This document shows, one piece after another, positions 1 through 10,664 of a DNA stretch of 64,000 nt. The stretch is from Terriglobales bacterium (GTDB taxonomy: Bacteria; Acidobacteriota; Terriglobia; Terriglobales; Acidobacteriaceae): assembly GCA_035651775.1 (NCBI GenBank), contig DASREY010000229.1, positions 5,507 to 69,506 of the forward strand. The letters are read 5' to 3'. The translations under genes were made by a program, and so were the position numbers. The notes under the pieces were generated by a model. The model searched no databases. It saw only the letters and a program-made list of their open reading frames with translations, and had not been told where the DNA came from. Numbering within the stretch: the stretch's first letter is position 1; each line of letters opens with the position of its first letter.

Positions 1-339
1 CGCCAGGCGCTGCGCCAGGTCGGAATTGATTTTCCCATTTTGAAAAAGCGCCGAGCCAATGATTACTTTTTTCACGCCCAGGGCGATTGTTTCGGAAGCA
101 ATCTTCTCATCGCGGATACCACCGCCCACCTGGCATGGCAACCGCTTTGCAATTTGCTCGATGCGGCTGCGATTGGAACCGCGATTCATGGCCGCATCCA
201 GGTCAATCAACTGCACAATAGGAAAGGTGGAGAAACGCTCGATCCAGTAATCAAAGTCCGTGAACTCCAGCGCCTTGCGGCTGCCCTGCACAAGCTGGAC
301 GATCTTGTCTTCCATCAGGTCAATGGCAGGAATCAGCAT
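1..339 (-). CDS. hisA: HisA (ProFAR isomerase), first 113 codons; gene continues past the left window edge
   Basis: Edge-truncated, so absent from the ORF track. Minus-strand ATG at 337-339 reads [20 protein letters not shown]...QVGGGIRD, a HisA-type N-terminus. The ATG overlaps the hisF stop (ATGCTGA). Confidence 0.8.
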   Translation of the reverse strand, partial: MLIPAIDLMEDKIVQLVQGSRKALEFTDFDYWIERFSTFPIVQLIDLDAAMNRGSNRSRIEQIAKRLPCQVGGGIRDEKIASETIALGVKKVIIGSALFQNGKINSDLAQRLA

Positions 340-1094
340 GGCAGCCTCACCGGTATACCCGACGTTTGCAACTCTCTCTTCAGCTCACGGGCATTTTGCA
401 GCCCAAAATGAAAGATGGAAGCCGCCAGGGCAGCATCGGCCTTGCCTTTGGTAAACACGTCAATAAAGTGCTGGCCGGTGCCCGCGCCGCCCGATGCAAT
501 TACGGGAATGGAAACCGCTTCGCTCACCCGCGCTGTCAGCTCGCAATCGAAGCCGCTGCGCATGCCGTCCTGGTCAATCGAGGTCAGCATGATCTCCCCT
601 GCGCCGCACTCCTGCGCCTCGCGCGCCCAGCTCACGGCATCGCGCTCGGTGGGCTCGCTTCCACCCTTCACCCAAACCCCATAAGAGTTCCCTGCCCTTT
701 TCGCATCGATAGCGATCACCACCGCCTGGCTGCCAAAGCGATTCGCAATGGTTGAGATAAGCTTCGGATTAGAAACCGCGGCCGAGTTGATGGTCATCTT
801 ATCCGCGCCGCAATCGAACAATGCAGCAGCCTCTTCAAACGAGCGCACTCCGCCACCCACCGTAAACGGCACAAAAATCTGCGATGCCGTTCTGCGCACC
901 GCATCCAGCAATGTAGTGCGATTTTCGCGTGTAGCCGAGATGTCGAGAAAGACCACCTCGTCGGCTCCGCCTTCGGCATGAAAGCGCGCCAACTCCGCCG
1001 GGTCGCCGGCATCGCGCAAGGCCACAAACTTTGTGCCCTTGACCACCCGGCCGCCGCTTACGTCAAGGCAGGCGATAATGCGTTTGCTCAGCAA
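333..1094 (-). CDS. hisF: Imidazole glycerol phosphate synthase cyclase subunit HisF
   Basis: ORF 333..1232 contains a HisF-like sequence ([15 protein letters not shown]..., [15 protein letters not shown]). Start trimmed to TTG at 1094, next to the hisH stop at 1088. The longer ORF start would overlap hisH. Confidence 0.9.
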   Translation of the reverse strand: MLSKRIIACLDVSGGRVVKGTKFVALRDAGDPAELARFHAEGGADEVVFLDISATRENRTTLLDAVRRTASQIFVPFTVGGGVRSFEEAAALFDCGADKMTINSAAVSNPKLISTIANRFGSQAVVIAIDAKRAGNSYGVWVKGGSEPTERDAVSWAREAQECGAGEIMLTSIDQDGMRSGFDCELTARVSEAVSIPVIASGGAGTGQHFIDVFTKGKADAALAASIFHFGLQNARELKRELQTSGIPVRLPC

Positions 1095-1687
1095 GGCAGC
1101 TCTCCGAAGTTCTTCAGGATGCGCAAACCGGAATCCCCCGATTTTTCCGGGTGAAACTGCACGCCGAAGACATTTTTCTTTTCCAGCGCAGCGGCAAATT
1201 CCGTCTGGAACTGTGAAGTGGCGCTGCTGCAACTCTCAATCGGACACCAATAGGAATGCGTGAAATAAAAATAGCTGCTGTCCGTAATCCCCTGGAACAA
1301 TCGCGAGCTGCCGTTACGAAAGCTGATCTGGTTCCACCCTACGTGAAGCGTGCGCGGAATCTCTGTGAAGCGCGTGCATCTTCCCGGAAAAATCCCCAGG
1401 CCTTTGACCTCGGGCGCTTCCGTGCTGGTTTCAAACAGCCATTGCATGCCCAGGCAGATGCCCAGGAAAGGCACGCCTCGTGCAATGCTCTCTGCAATGG
1501 CCGCGCGAATGCCTGTCTGTTCCAGCTTTTCGAGGGACTTAAAATTTCCCACTCCGGGAAGGACCAGTTTCTTTGCCTTGACGACCTGCTCAGGCTTGTC
1601 GATAATCTCTGTCTCCAGCTCCAGATGCTCGAACGCCTTGCGCACCGAAGCCATGTTGCCGGCGCCATAATCAACGAGCGAAATCAT
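1088..1687 (-). CDS. hisH: Imidazole glycerol phosphate synthase glutamine amidotransferase subunit HisH
   Basis: 199 aa; class-I GATase motifs (LPGVGNF, GICLGMQ, FHPEKS). ATGA overlap with the hisB stop. Confidence 0.93.
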   Translation of the reverse strand: MISLVDYGAGNMASVRKAFEHLELETEIIDKPEQVVKAKKLVLPGVGNFKSLEKLEQTGIRAAIAESIARGVPFLGICLGMQWLFETSTEAPEVKGLGIFPGRCTRFTEIPRTLHVGWNQISFRNGSSRLFQGITDSSYFYFTHSYWCPIESCSSATSQFQTEFAAALEKKNVFGVQFHPEKSGDSGLRILKNFGELPC

Positions 1688-2277
1688 AGTAATCCTTTCG
1701 TGGTGGGCAGCAGCTTGCCCAATTGTTTGTCGCGCGAGCAGGCAAAGCGCAGCGCGCGCGCAAATGCCTTAAACAAAGACTCGAGTTTGTGATGGTTCGA
1801 GCGCCCATAGAGCACCTTGGCATGCACGTTGGCATTGGCGCCGCGGGCAAAGCCCTCGAAGAAATCAGTCACCAGTTCGGCTTCCAGGTCGCCAACGTGC
1901 CGCACGTTGACCTTTGTCTCTACAACCGCGGCAGCGCGTCCGCTGAAGTCAACCGCCACCAGGCCCAGGGTCTCATCCATGGGCATCACGAAGTAGCCGG
2001 CGCGCAGGATTCCGCGCTTGCTGCCCAGGGCCTTGGTAAAAGCTTCGCCGAGCGCGATACCTATGTCTTCCACTGTGTGGTGCTGGTCGACGTGCAAATC
2101 ACCGGTCGCGTGCAGACGTAAATCAAAGGCCCCGTGCCGGGTGAAAAGCTCCAGCATATGATTGAAAAATCCGATGCCGGTGGAAATGTCGTAACTCCCC
2201 TTGCCCTCGACCACCAGCGCTAGATCAATGGAGGTCTCGTTGGTCTTGCGCTGAATGGTTGCCTTTCTCGCGCTCAT
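1684..2277 (-). CDS. hisB: Imidazoleglycerol-phosphate dehydratase HisB
   Basis: 197 aa; IGPD-like sequence ([27 protein letters not shown]). ATGA overlap with the hisC stop. Confidence 0.93.
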   Translation of the reverse strand: MSARKATIQRKTNETSIDLALVVEGKGSYDISTGIGFFNHMLELFTRHGAFDLRLHATGDLHVDQHHTVEDIGIALGEAFTKALGSKRGILRAGYFVMPMDETLGLVAVDFSGRAAAVVETKVNVRHVGDLEAELVTDFFEGFARGANANVHAKVLYGRSNHHKLESLFKAFARALRFACSRDKQLGKLLPTTKGLL

Positions 2278-3365
2278 GCTTCACGCCTCCAGCCAATGCG
2301 TTTGAGTACTTTCGGCAGACGTCCGATCACGCGTTGCATCTCTTGCGGATTTCCAATCGTGATGCGCACGCAGCCCTCGCACAAAAAATCGCTTCCCCGG
2401 TCGCGCAGAAAAATACCCTCGCGCGCCATCTCTTTGAGGAATGCTGCCCGGCCTTCGCCAATCTCAACCAGCAGGAAGTTTGCCTGGCTGGGCCAGTAGC
2501 GGAGTCCTATTTTTTCCAATGCATTTTGCAGCACCTCGCGCTGGCGTTTGACGTTGCCAATATAGCTGCGCACAAAACCCTGGTCCGCCAGGGCGATCGG
2601 CAGGATAGTCAAAGCAATGGTGTTGACGCTGAACGGCGAAGAAATTGTTTGCAATCGCTGCATCGGTTCGGCATTCGCAATCAGCACTCCTACACGCATG
2701 CCAGCCATGCCGTAGGCCTTGGAAAATGTCCTGGTAATGTGCAAATTGGGAAAGCGATGTAGCCCAGGCAGAAGTGTCTGTCCGTAAAATTCAAAATAAG
2801 CCTCATCGACTAACACCGCGCTTTGCGGCGCGGTTTGCGCGGCGGCTTCGAGGATGCGAAATATATCCTGTTGCGGAACCGTTGTTCCCGTGGGATTGTT
2901 TGGGTTCCCGATAAAAATCAACCCCGTCTTGTCGCTCAAGATCGTGAGTACATCCCGGGTGGGAAAGCTGAAATCCTTGCTCATGGGAACCTCAACGATA
3001 TTTGCCCCGGTGGCCATCGCGTAATGCTTGTACATGCCAAATGAAGGGACGGGAATCACAGCTTCGAGCTTGGGATTGAGATACAGCTCGCACAACAGAT
3101 GAATGCCCTCATCGGCTCCATTGGTCAGCATGACCTCTTCCGGCTGCATGCCCAGGTGGCTGGCCATCAGGGGCTCGTACATGCTGCGCTCGGGATAACT
3201 GGCGACCTCCTGTCCTAAGAGTTTGCGCAGCCGCGCCAGCACGCGCGGTGAGCATCCGCCGGTGTTTTCGTTCTGGTCGAGACGCAGCTCTTTAGGATTG
3301 ACCACGCTCTTGGGAACCTTCGGCTTGGCATTCTTAGGCAACGCGGCTGCTCGTACGCTAGGCAC
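2274..3365 (-). CDS. hisC: Histidinol-phosphate aminotransferase HisC
   Basis: 363 aa; class-II aminotransferase features ([26 protein letters not shown]). GTG start overlaps the hisD end; exact start uncertain. Confidence 0.9.
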   Translation of the reverse strand: MPSVRAAALPKNAKPKVPKSVVNPKELRLDQNENTGGCSPRVLARLRKLLGQEVASYPERSMYEPLMASHLGMQPEEVMLTNGADEGIHLLCELYLNPKLEAVIPVPSFGMYKHYAMATGANIVEVPMSKDFSFPTRDVLTILSDKTGLIFIGNPNNPTGTTVPQQDIFRILEAAAQTAPQSAVLVDEAYFEFYGQTLLPGLHRFPNLHITRTFSKAYGMAGMRVGVLIANAEPMQRLQTISSPFSVNTIALTILPIALADQGFVRSYIGNVKRQREVLQNALEKIGLRYWPSQANFLLVEIGEGRAAFLKEMAREGIFLRDRGSDFLCEGCVRITIGNPQEMQRVIGRLPKVLKRIGWRREA

Positions 3366-4605
3366 TGGCGCACCTCACGGCAACTGAATTGGCGTGCGCG
3401 GCCAGGCCTTCGGCTTTGGCCAGGGTGATGGCATTGGCAGCGACCGAGCGCAGCCCATTTCGGGAAACCTGCTGCACGCTGATAATTTTCAGGAAGTCAC
3501 AGACACTCAAGCCACCGCGATATGTGGCCGAGCCGGAGGTGGGTAGCACGTGGTTGGGTCCGGCGATGTAGTCGCCCAGGGTCTGCGCTGAATAATCGCC
3601 CACAAAGACCGACCCGGAATTTTGGATCATCGGCAGGTCTTCCTCCGAAATGCTGATGTGCTCGGGAGCCAGGCGATTGGCAATCTGCAGCGACTCGCGC
3701 CGCGACGAGGTTACAAAGATCACGCCATAGTCGCGCAACGATTGCGCCGCCGTGGAGTTGTCTGCGGTCATAACTTCGATTTCACGCTCTACCTTCTCTG
3801 CCAGCCCTGCCGAAGAAGTAATAAAGATACCCAGCGCATCAGGATCGTGCTCGGCCTGCGCTACCAGATCGGCGGCGATAAACTTGGGATTTCCCTTATC
3901 ACTCACCACGACCGCCTCGGTCGGCCCCGCCAGAAAATCAATGGAGCAATCAAAGGCCACAAGTTTCTTGGCCGTAGTCACGAAAATATTTCCCGGACCA
4001 ACGATCTTGTTGACCTTCTTCACCGATTCGGCGCCATAGGCCAAAGCGGCAATGGCCTGCGCTCCACCGATGCGGTAAAATTCCTGCACGCCGAGCAGCG
4101 CTGCCGCAGCCAGGGTTTCGCACGCCGGTTTCGGAGAAGCCACCACAACCCGCTGCACGCCGGCGACCTGGGCGGGGATCACCGTCATAAGCAGCGATGA
4201 CGGCAGCGGATAACGCCCCCCGGGAACATAGCAGCCTACAGCTTCAATGGGCCGGATAATCTGCCCAACTTTGATTCCCGGCTGAATATCGCGGAAAAAT
4301 TCCGCCGGCTTCTGCCATTCGCAGAACTGGCGAATGTTCGCCGCCGCGTTCTCCAGGGCCTTGCGAAATTCGGCGCTCACCGATCCCAGCGCACGCTTCA
4401 ACTCTTTCTCCGGCACCTTGAAAGAGTCCTGCTTTTTCAATCCATCCCAGCGCACGGCGTACTTGCGAAGAGCGGCGTCTCCGTTGCGGCGCACATCGTC
4501 AATCATGGCGCGCACTTTGCGGTCCACGTTCTGCGCCAGCTTTTGCCGGCGTGCCGCCACCCGCTCCGCTTCTTTATTCAGGGCGCGCCCCTTGACGACC
4601 TGCAT
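3358..4605 (-). CDS. hisD: Histidinol dehydrogenase HisD
   Basis: 415 aa; HisD-like throughout (GGAQAIAALAYG, AQAEHDP, GDYIAGPNHVLPT). Start overlaps the hisG stop (TAATG). Confidence 0.94.
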   Translation of the reverse strand: MQVVKGRALNKEAERVAARRQKLAQNVDRKVRAMIDDVRRNGDAALRKYAVRWDGLKKQDSFKVPEKELKRALGSVSAEFRKALENAAANIRQFCEWQKPAEFFRDIQPGIKVGQIIRPIEAVGCYVPGGRYPLPSSLLMTVIPAQVAGVQRVVVASPKPACETLAAAALLGVQEFYRIGGAQAIAALAYGAESVKKVNKIVGPGNIFVTTAKKLVAFDCSIDFLAGPTEAVVVSDKGNPKFIAADLVAQAEHDPDALGIFITSSAGLAEKVEREIEVMTADNSTAAQSLRDYGVIFVTSSRRESLQIANRLAPEHISISEEDLPMIQNSGSVFVGDYSAQTLGDYIAGPNHVLPTSGSATYRGGLSVCDFLKIISVQQVSRNGLRSVAANAITLAKAEGLAAHANSVAVRCASA

Positions 4606-5474
4606 TACATCACCACCTTGTTCAGCGGATATTCAACGATGCCCTGCGCCTTCGCGTCTTTCAATTTGGGAATAGCCTCGCGCACAACCGTCTCTTCCAG
4701 AATGGTGTTAACCGCCACCCAATCAGGATCGCTCAACTGCGAAATCGTCGGACGCTTCAGCGCCGGCAGCACCGCCAGCACGCCGTCGAGATCGCGCTTC
4801 ATGACATTCAGCATCAACCCCACGCGTCCCTGGGCGGCGAGCGCGCCGCAGAGCATGAGGGCGATGTTTTCGATCTTTTTGCGCTTGGCGTTGTCTTGCC
4901 AGGCATTCTTGTTGGCAATTAATTTCGTATTCGATTCCAGGACCGTATCAATGATGCGCAGCTTGTTGGCGCGAAGTGAGCTTCCCGTTTCAGTAACTTC
5001 AACAATGGCGTCGGCCAGCACCGGCGGCTTGACTTCCGTTGCCCCCCAGGAAAACTCCACCCGCACCGGAACGTTTTTCTTTTCGAAGTACTGTTTGGTC
5101 ACGCTCACCAGCTCGGTGGCGATAGTGCAATTCTTCAGGTCTTCCGCCGCGTTATAGGCTGAGCTTTCCGGCACGGCCAGCACCCAGCGCACCTTGCCGC
5201 GGCTCTGCTTGGCATAAATAAGGTCGGCAACGGAAACGACTTCAAGGTTGCTTTCGATGATCCAATCGTGGCCGGTGAGCCCGGCATCCAGAACGCCGTG
5301 TTCGACGTAGCGCGTCATCTCCTGCGCGCGAATCAGCATGCAATCTAATTCAGGATCGTCACTGGTGGGAAAGTACGAGCGGCCGTTGCTGTAGATGTTA
5401 AATCCGGCCTTGGCAAAGAGCTGGAACGTGCCCTCTTGCAGGCTGCCTTTGGGGATTCCTAATCGGAGCTTCAT
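4605..5474 (-). CDS. hisG: ATP phosphoribosyltransferase, long form, HisG
   Basis: 289 aa; [13 protein letters not shown]-terminus and a C-terminal regulatory domain. ATGA overlap with the hisI stop. Confidence 0.93.
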   Translation of the reverse strand: MKLRLGIPKGSLQEGTFQLFAKAGFNIYSNGRSYFPTSDDPELDCMLIRAQEMTRYVEHGVLDAGLTGHDWIIESNLEVVSVADLIYAKQSRGKVRWVLAVPESSAYNAAEDLKNCTIATELVSVTKQYFEKKNVPVRVEFSWGATEVKPPVLADAIVEVTETGSSLRANKLRIIDTVLESNTKLIANKNAWQDNAKRKKIENIALMLCGALAAQGRVGLMLNVMKRDLDGVLAVLPALKRPTISQLSDPDWVAVNTILEETVVREAIPKLKDAKAQGIVEYPLNKVVM

Positions 5475-5848
5475 GCTTTCACCCCTGCGACTGGTTTGGC
5501 ATCGGTAATCGAAGCAGCACCGTTTTTACCCGCGGCCAGCGGCTTGGTGAAACATGACCGTGTGCCTTCGTGGCAGACCAGGCCATCGCCTTCCACGTTC
5601 ACCCGCACCAGCACGGAATCGTTATCGCAATCGGTGGAGGCGCTGATGAGCTTCAGCCGGTTGCCCGAGGTCTCGCCCTTCATCCAAAGCTTCTGCCGGG
5701 TGCGGCTGTAAAAAGTGACGTAACCGGAGCTCAAAGTGAGCTGCAGGGCCTCGCGGTTCATAAAGCCCAGCATCAGCACCTCGCCGTTGGCCGCGTCCTG
5801 CACGATGGCGGGGGCCAATCCTTGCATTTTCTCGAAATCAATTTCCAT
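5471..5848 (-). CDS. hisI: Phosphoribosyl-AMP cyclohydrolase HisI (monofunctional, no HisE domain)
   Basis: 125 aa; PRA-CH pattern (LAPAIVQD...[14 protein letters not shown]...WMKGETSGN...DCDNDSVL...CHEGTRSCF). GAGGA SD 5-6 nt upstream of the ATG. Confidence 0.92.
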   Translation of the reverse strand: MEIDFEKMQGLAPAIVQDAANGEVLMLGFMNREALQLTLSSGYVTFYSRTRQKLWMKGETSGNRLKLISASTDCDNDSVLVRVNVEGDGLVCHEGTRSCFTKPLAAGKNGAASITDAKPVAGVKA

Positions 5849-5871
5849 GTTTTCCTCGCGTATTTTTGACA

Positions 5872-5914
5872 GTAAAACAAAAAGCCTGCTGAGCTTTTGC
5901 GCATCAGCAGGCCG
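5872..5914 (-). terminator. Intrinsic terminator of the his attenuator
   Basis: Minus-strand RNA GCCUGCUGA-UGCGCAAAAGC-UCAGCAGGC followed by UUUUUGUUUU. Lies about 25 nt after the leader stop and about 25 nt before the hisI ATG. Confidence 0.8.
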
Positions 5915-5937
5915 GATTTATGATTGCTTTACCGCTT

Positions 5938-6012
5938 TTATCCGCACACCCTCGCTGACACGCTCGCCACGTGATGATGGTGATGGTGGAGATGATGGAT
6001 CAGCAAAGTCAT
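5938..6012 (-). CDS. hisL: His-rich leader peptide MTLLIHHLHHHHHHVASVSARVCG (24 aa) of the his operon
   Basis: Below the ORF-track cutoff. Read directly from the minus strand: ATG ACT TTG CTG ATC CAT CAT CTC CAC CAT CAC CAT CAT CAC ... TAA. 8 His in 9 consecutive codons, followed by a terminator upstream of hisI. Confidence 0.8.
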   Translation of the reverse strand: MTLLIHHLHHHHHHVASVSARVCG

Positions 6013-6115
6013 GCAGCTAGTATTGAAACATAAAGCCATAAACTTTGTCTAGTTCGAAGTGTTGCTCTCCGATTAGCGGTCTTTGACAGCTCTTCCCGCT
6101 AACCGTCAAGGGGCT

Positions 6116-6619
6116 TTATTTCTGCGACGGAGCGGGCGCCTTCCAGGTATTTAGGAATTGAATGATATCTTCTTCCGACATGACCCTGGCGCGCTCAAAT
6201 TCCGCAGTGTCATAAAGCACCTGGCCTTGCGGAGTCAGGACGGCCAGCGATGGAATGCCTTTTTGCAGGTCCACATGGTATTTCTGCACCAGATCAAGGT
6301 TCTTGTCGAAGTGCCCTACGTCCACGTGTGCCACCTTGAAGTTGGTGTTTAACAGCGGTTCGACACGCGGCTGATGAAAACCATAATCAAGCGCATAGCA
6401 ATCCCCGCACCAACTGGCGCCAAAGACAAGGATAACGCGCTTATGTTCTTTGCCGGCCTCGTTGATCGTGTGCCCAATTTCCTGCTGCGCATTGACGTCA
6501 GTGCGGTAGAGATTAGGATCAGGCCGAAAAGGCATCTTGAGAGGCGTCTTTGCGGTTTGCGCCAGGCTGAGGCTTGCAAAAACAACCAGCGGAAGAAATA
6601 AAGACTTGCGTGTTCGCAT
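6116..6619 (-). CDS. Secreted thioredoxin-fold protein (WCGDC motif)
   Basis: ORF 6116..6661 trimmed to ATG 6619 (MRTRKSLFLPLVVFASLSLAQT signal-like N-terminus, AAGGG SD). Thioredoxin-type active site VFGASWCGDCYALD. Confidence 0.8.
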   Translation of the reverse strand: MRTRKSLFLPLVVFASLSLAQTAKTPLKMPFRPDPNLYRTDVNAQQEIGHTINEAGKEHKRVILVFGASWCGDCYALDYGFHQPRVEPLLNTNFKVAHVDVGHFDKNLDLVQKYHVDLQKGIPSLAVLTPQGQVLYDTAEFERARVMSEEDIIQFLNTWKAPAPSQK

Positions 6620-6718
6620 GTTTAAACCCTTAAGCGCATAGTAAACCAAAGCAGGTCTCATGGAAATCTTGTGGTGTCTTAATTTGCTGCGAGATCGTGG
6701 CAGTTCAGCCTGGATTTC

Positions 6719-6907
6719 TCACCACGGAGACACAGAGACACGGAGAGTAGTGGGAAAACTCCGAGTAACCGCGTTGCTCATTTCTTCTCGACATACTTGA
6801 CCTGTGCAGCGCCCCATGGCGCCGGTGTCGCGCCAACCAGTGACTGGCTAATCGAAAACTCAGTCATGCTCAAGGTTTTTCTCTGTGTCTCCGTGTCTCC
6901 GTGGTGA
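6719..6907. repeat. Inverted-repeat-bounded element; arms are CACGGAGA-type octamer arrays
   Basis: Left arm tcaccacggagacacagagacacggagag (6719-6747). Right arm ctctgtgtctccgtgtctccgtggtga (6881-6907) is its reverse complement apart from a swap of the CACAGAGA and CACGGAGA units. About 133 bp between arms. Confidence 0.7.
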
Positions 6908-6916
6908 TAATTGCGG

Positions 6917-7744
6917 TTAGGTTTCTTTCCTCGAAGCCTCTGCCTCTGCCGTCACCTCATCCGCAGGCCGCAGCATTCTCTTCATCATTGATTCAACCAA
7001 CGAGGGCCAGAGCCGGTAGAGGGCAATCGAGATGCGGTCTCGTCCGGGCACAATAACCTCGCGCTTACGGCTCAAATATCCTTTGAATACGGCGTTGGCG
7101 ACCCGTTCAGCGCTGATGCCGGCTGCCGCACGGTTCAATCGTTGGCGGTCCTTTCCCTTCATGGCATTGGCGGCAAAATCGGTGGCGATATACCCCGGAC
7201 AGACCGTCATGACGTGCACTCCAGTGCCCATCAGCTCCACCCGTGCCGCCTTGCCGATGGCGTTGAGTGCGTGCTTGGTGGCGCAATAAGCCGCCATGTA
7301 CGGCAGAGCAATATGCCCAGCGACGCTGGAAATATTGATGATGGCTCCCTTGCCTTGCTTCTGCATCGCCGGAATGACCACCTGCATCGCTTCAATCGCG
7401 CCGAACAAATTCGTATCGAACATCGCTCGGCATTGCTGCATGTCCATCTGCGCCACCGAATCCTGCAGGCCGTGGCCGGCATTGTTTACCCATATATCCA
7501 CGTGGCCAAATTGTTCGAGCGCTGCCTGCAGCAACTGTTCGATCTGTTCGCGCTGTCGCACGTCGCAGGCTGCGGCCAGCGTGCGCTCCATGTATCCGAC
7601 TCTGCCCCGCGCCGCCTCTGCCCGGCTGCGATCGCGGGAAGAGAGCACAACATTGGCGCCCTCGTCCACGAATTTTTTTGCCAGCGCTTCCCCAATTCCC
7701 ATGGAGGCGCCCGTTATGACCACAACTTTTCCGATAAGTCTCAT
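6917..7744 (-). CDS. SDR-family oxidoreductase
   Basis: 275 aa; TGASMGIG cofactor motif, NNAG, and the YCATK catalytic Y-x3-K. Confidence 0.9.
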   Translation of the reverse strand: MRLIGKVVVITGASMGIGEALAKKFVDEGANVVLSSRDRSRAEAARGRVGYMERTLAAACDVRQREQIEQLLQAALEQFGHVDIWVNNAGHGLQDSVAQMDMQQCRAMFDTNLFGAIEAMQVVIPAMQKQGKGAIINISSVAGHIALPYMAAYCATKHALNAIGKAARVELMGTGVHVMTVCPGYIATDFAANAMKGKDRQRLNRAAAGISAERVANAVFKGYLSRKREVIVPGRDRISIALYRLWPSLVESMMKRMLRPADEVTAEAEASRKET

Positions 7745-7791
7745 TCTCTTGCTTTGTATTCTCTGAACCGGTCTGGCGTCAAGGGTACAAT

Positions 7792-8412
7792 GTGATTGTG
7801 GTGAACCTGCTGCCCATCTTCCCGCTGCCGCTGGTCCTGTTTCCCACTATACCCCTGCCGCTGCATATCTTCGAGCCGCGCTATAAAGAGATGGTCGGTG
7901 AGTGCCTGGAAAAAAACGCGGTATTCGGCGTCATCCATGCAAAACAGGAAGAGATGGCCGAGGTTGGCTGTAGTGCCAGGATCCTCGATGTAATCAAACG
8001 ATATGACGACGGCCGGCTCGATATTCTCACCCAGGGATTGCGCCGCTTCGAAATCCTGCGCGTAAACGAGGAGCGATCCTTCCTGCGCGCCGAGGTAAGC
8101 TTTTTCGATGATGAAGGGGAAGGCGACGCCACTGAAGCCGCTCGTAAACAGCTCGTGCATCTGCACAAACAGCTTCTGGCCCTCAGCGGAGAGCAAAATC
8201 CGGAGATCCCAACCGAAAATTCTCCGGCGCTCGCCTTCGAGATAGCAGCCAAGGTTCCATTGGACCTGGAATTTAAGCAATCGTTATTGGGAATACGCTC
8301 AGAAGCCGAGCGCGTCGCAACCCTCATCGCCTACTACGAAGCCCTGATCCCCAAAATCAGCCGAGCCCTGCATATCCGCACCAAGGCTGGAAGCAACGGC
8401 CACGCCCATTAG
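7792..8412 (+). CDS. LON N-terminal (substrate-binding) domain protein
   Basis: 206 aa; LPIFPLPLVLFPTIPLPLHIFEPRYKEMV is the Lon-N hallmark. GTG start; exact start uncertain. Confidence 0.85.
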   Translation: MIVVNLLPIFPLPLVLFPTIPLPLHIFEPRYKEMVGECLEKNAVFGVIHAKQEEMAEVGCSARILDVIKRYDDGRLDILTQGLRRFEILRVNEERSFLRAEVSFFDDEGEGDATEAARKQLVHLHKQLLALSGEQNPEIPTENSPALAFEIAAKVPLDLEFKQSLLGIRSEAERVATLIAYYEALIPKISRALHIRTKAGSNGHAH

Positions 8413-8754
8413 AGCGTAGTTGTGCAGCACAGCGCGGCCAAGCGCAAATACAAGAGCGTCGTTATCAACAGTCCAAGGGCCATGCCATACGCTTCTGTCA
8501 TGTTGAGCGGAGCGCCTGAAAGAAACCAGCAGTACTAAAGCTGGTGGGGCGCAGAATCGAAACACCCCGAGAATGCTTCGGGCAGGAAATGCAGATTCAG
8601 GGAATTTTGTCTCATCAACGCGTCCCGGAACCGTTTTCGCTGCTGCACTTTGTCGCGGACAGCAACGATTTAGAACGACGATTTAAAGTCAGCCGTCGCC
8701 ATCGCTGCATTCTGTTGTCGCTGCGATGATTTTCGAGAGCCAGCGCAGGTTGAA

Positions 8755-8789
8755 AGCTAAAAGCCAAGAGCTAACAGCTAAGAGCTTCT
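8755..8789. repeat. Heptamer tandem array, AGCTAAR type (5 units)
   Basis: agctaaa agccaag agctaac agctaag agcttct, read directly. Confidence 0.85.
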
Positions 8790-8850
8790 TTCAAGCGTAT
8801 AATCGGCTCAAAGAGACCTGTTTTGTTTACAACAGGAGGTATTCTCCCCT

Positions 8851-10344
<1,494 letters not shown>

Positions 10345-10630
10345 AGTTGAATTAATTGAAGTTGAAATAGCTTTGAAGATTTCTGAGAACTGAGCACTGT
10401 GATACCAAAAGCTTGGCTATTTTGGAATTTCAGGCGATCATTTTGGGTTGAGGGTTCTCAGAGTTTAAGGACATGAGTTTGATAAACGATAACAGCTTAT
10501 ATCGCGTTGTGAGCCGAGGTTACTTAGATACCCGTATGTCATTGAATCTTAAGGGCTGAGGTTACTTAGCAACCCCCCACCCCCCATTACTGTCTGCCGC
10601 AGGGGGATGGAGGACGCAAGCAGCAAGCTC

Positions 10631-10658
10631 CTGAGAACTGAGAACCGAGAACTGAGAA
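10631..10658. repeat. Heptamer tandem array, CTGAGAA type (4 units)
   Basis: ctgagaa ctgagaa ccgagaa ctgagaa, ending 6 nt before the ATG at 10665. Confidence 0.9.
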
Positions 10659-10664
10659 CTACTC

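Noticed and set aside
7142-8280. 217-aa plus-strand and 179-aa minus-strand ORFs
   Set aside because: Antisense to the SDR and Lon-N genes respectively. No motifs.
8409-8501. 30-aa minus-strand ORF MTEAYGMALGLLITTLLYLRLAALCCTTTL, superficially KdpF-like
   Set aside because: Lacks the C-terminal PE(R/K)F-type ending, has no kdpA downstream, and overlaps repeat-relic sequence.
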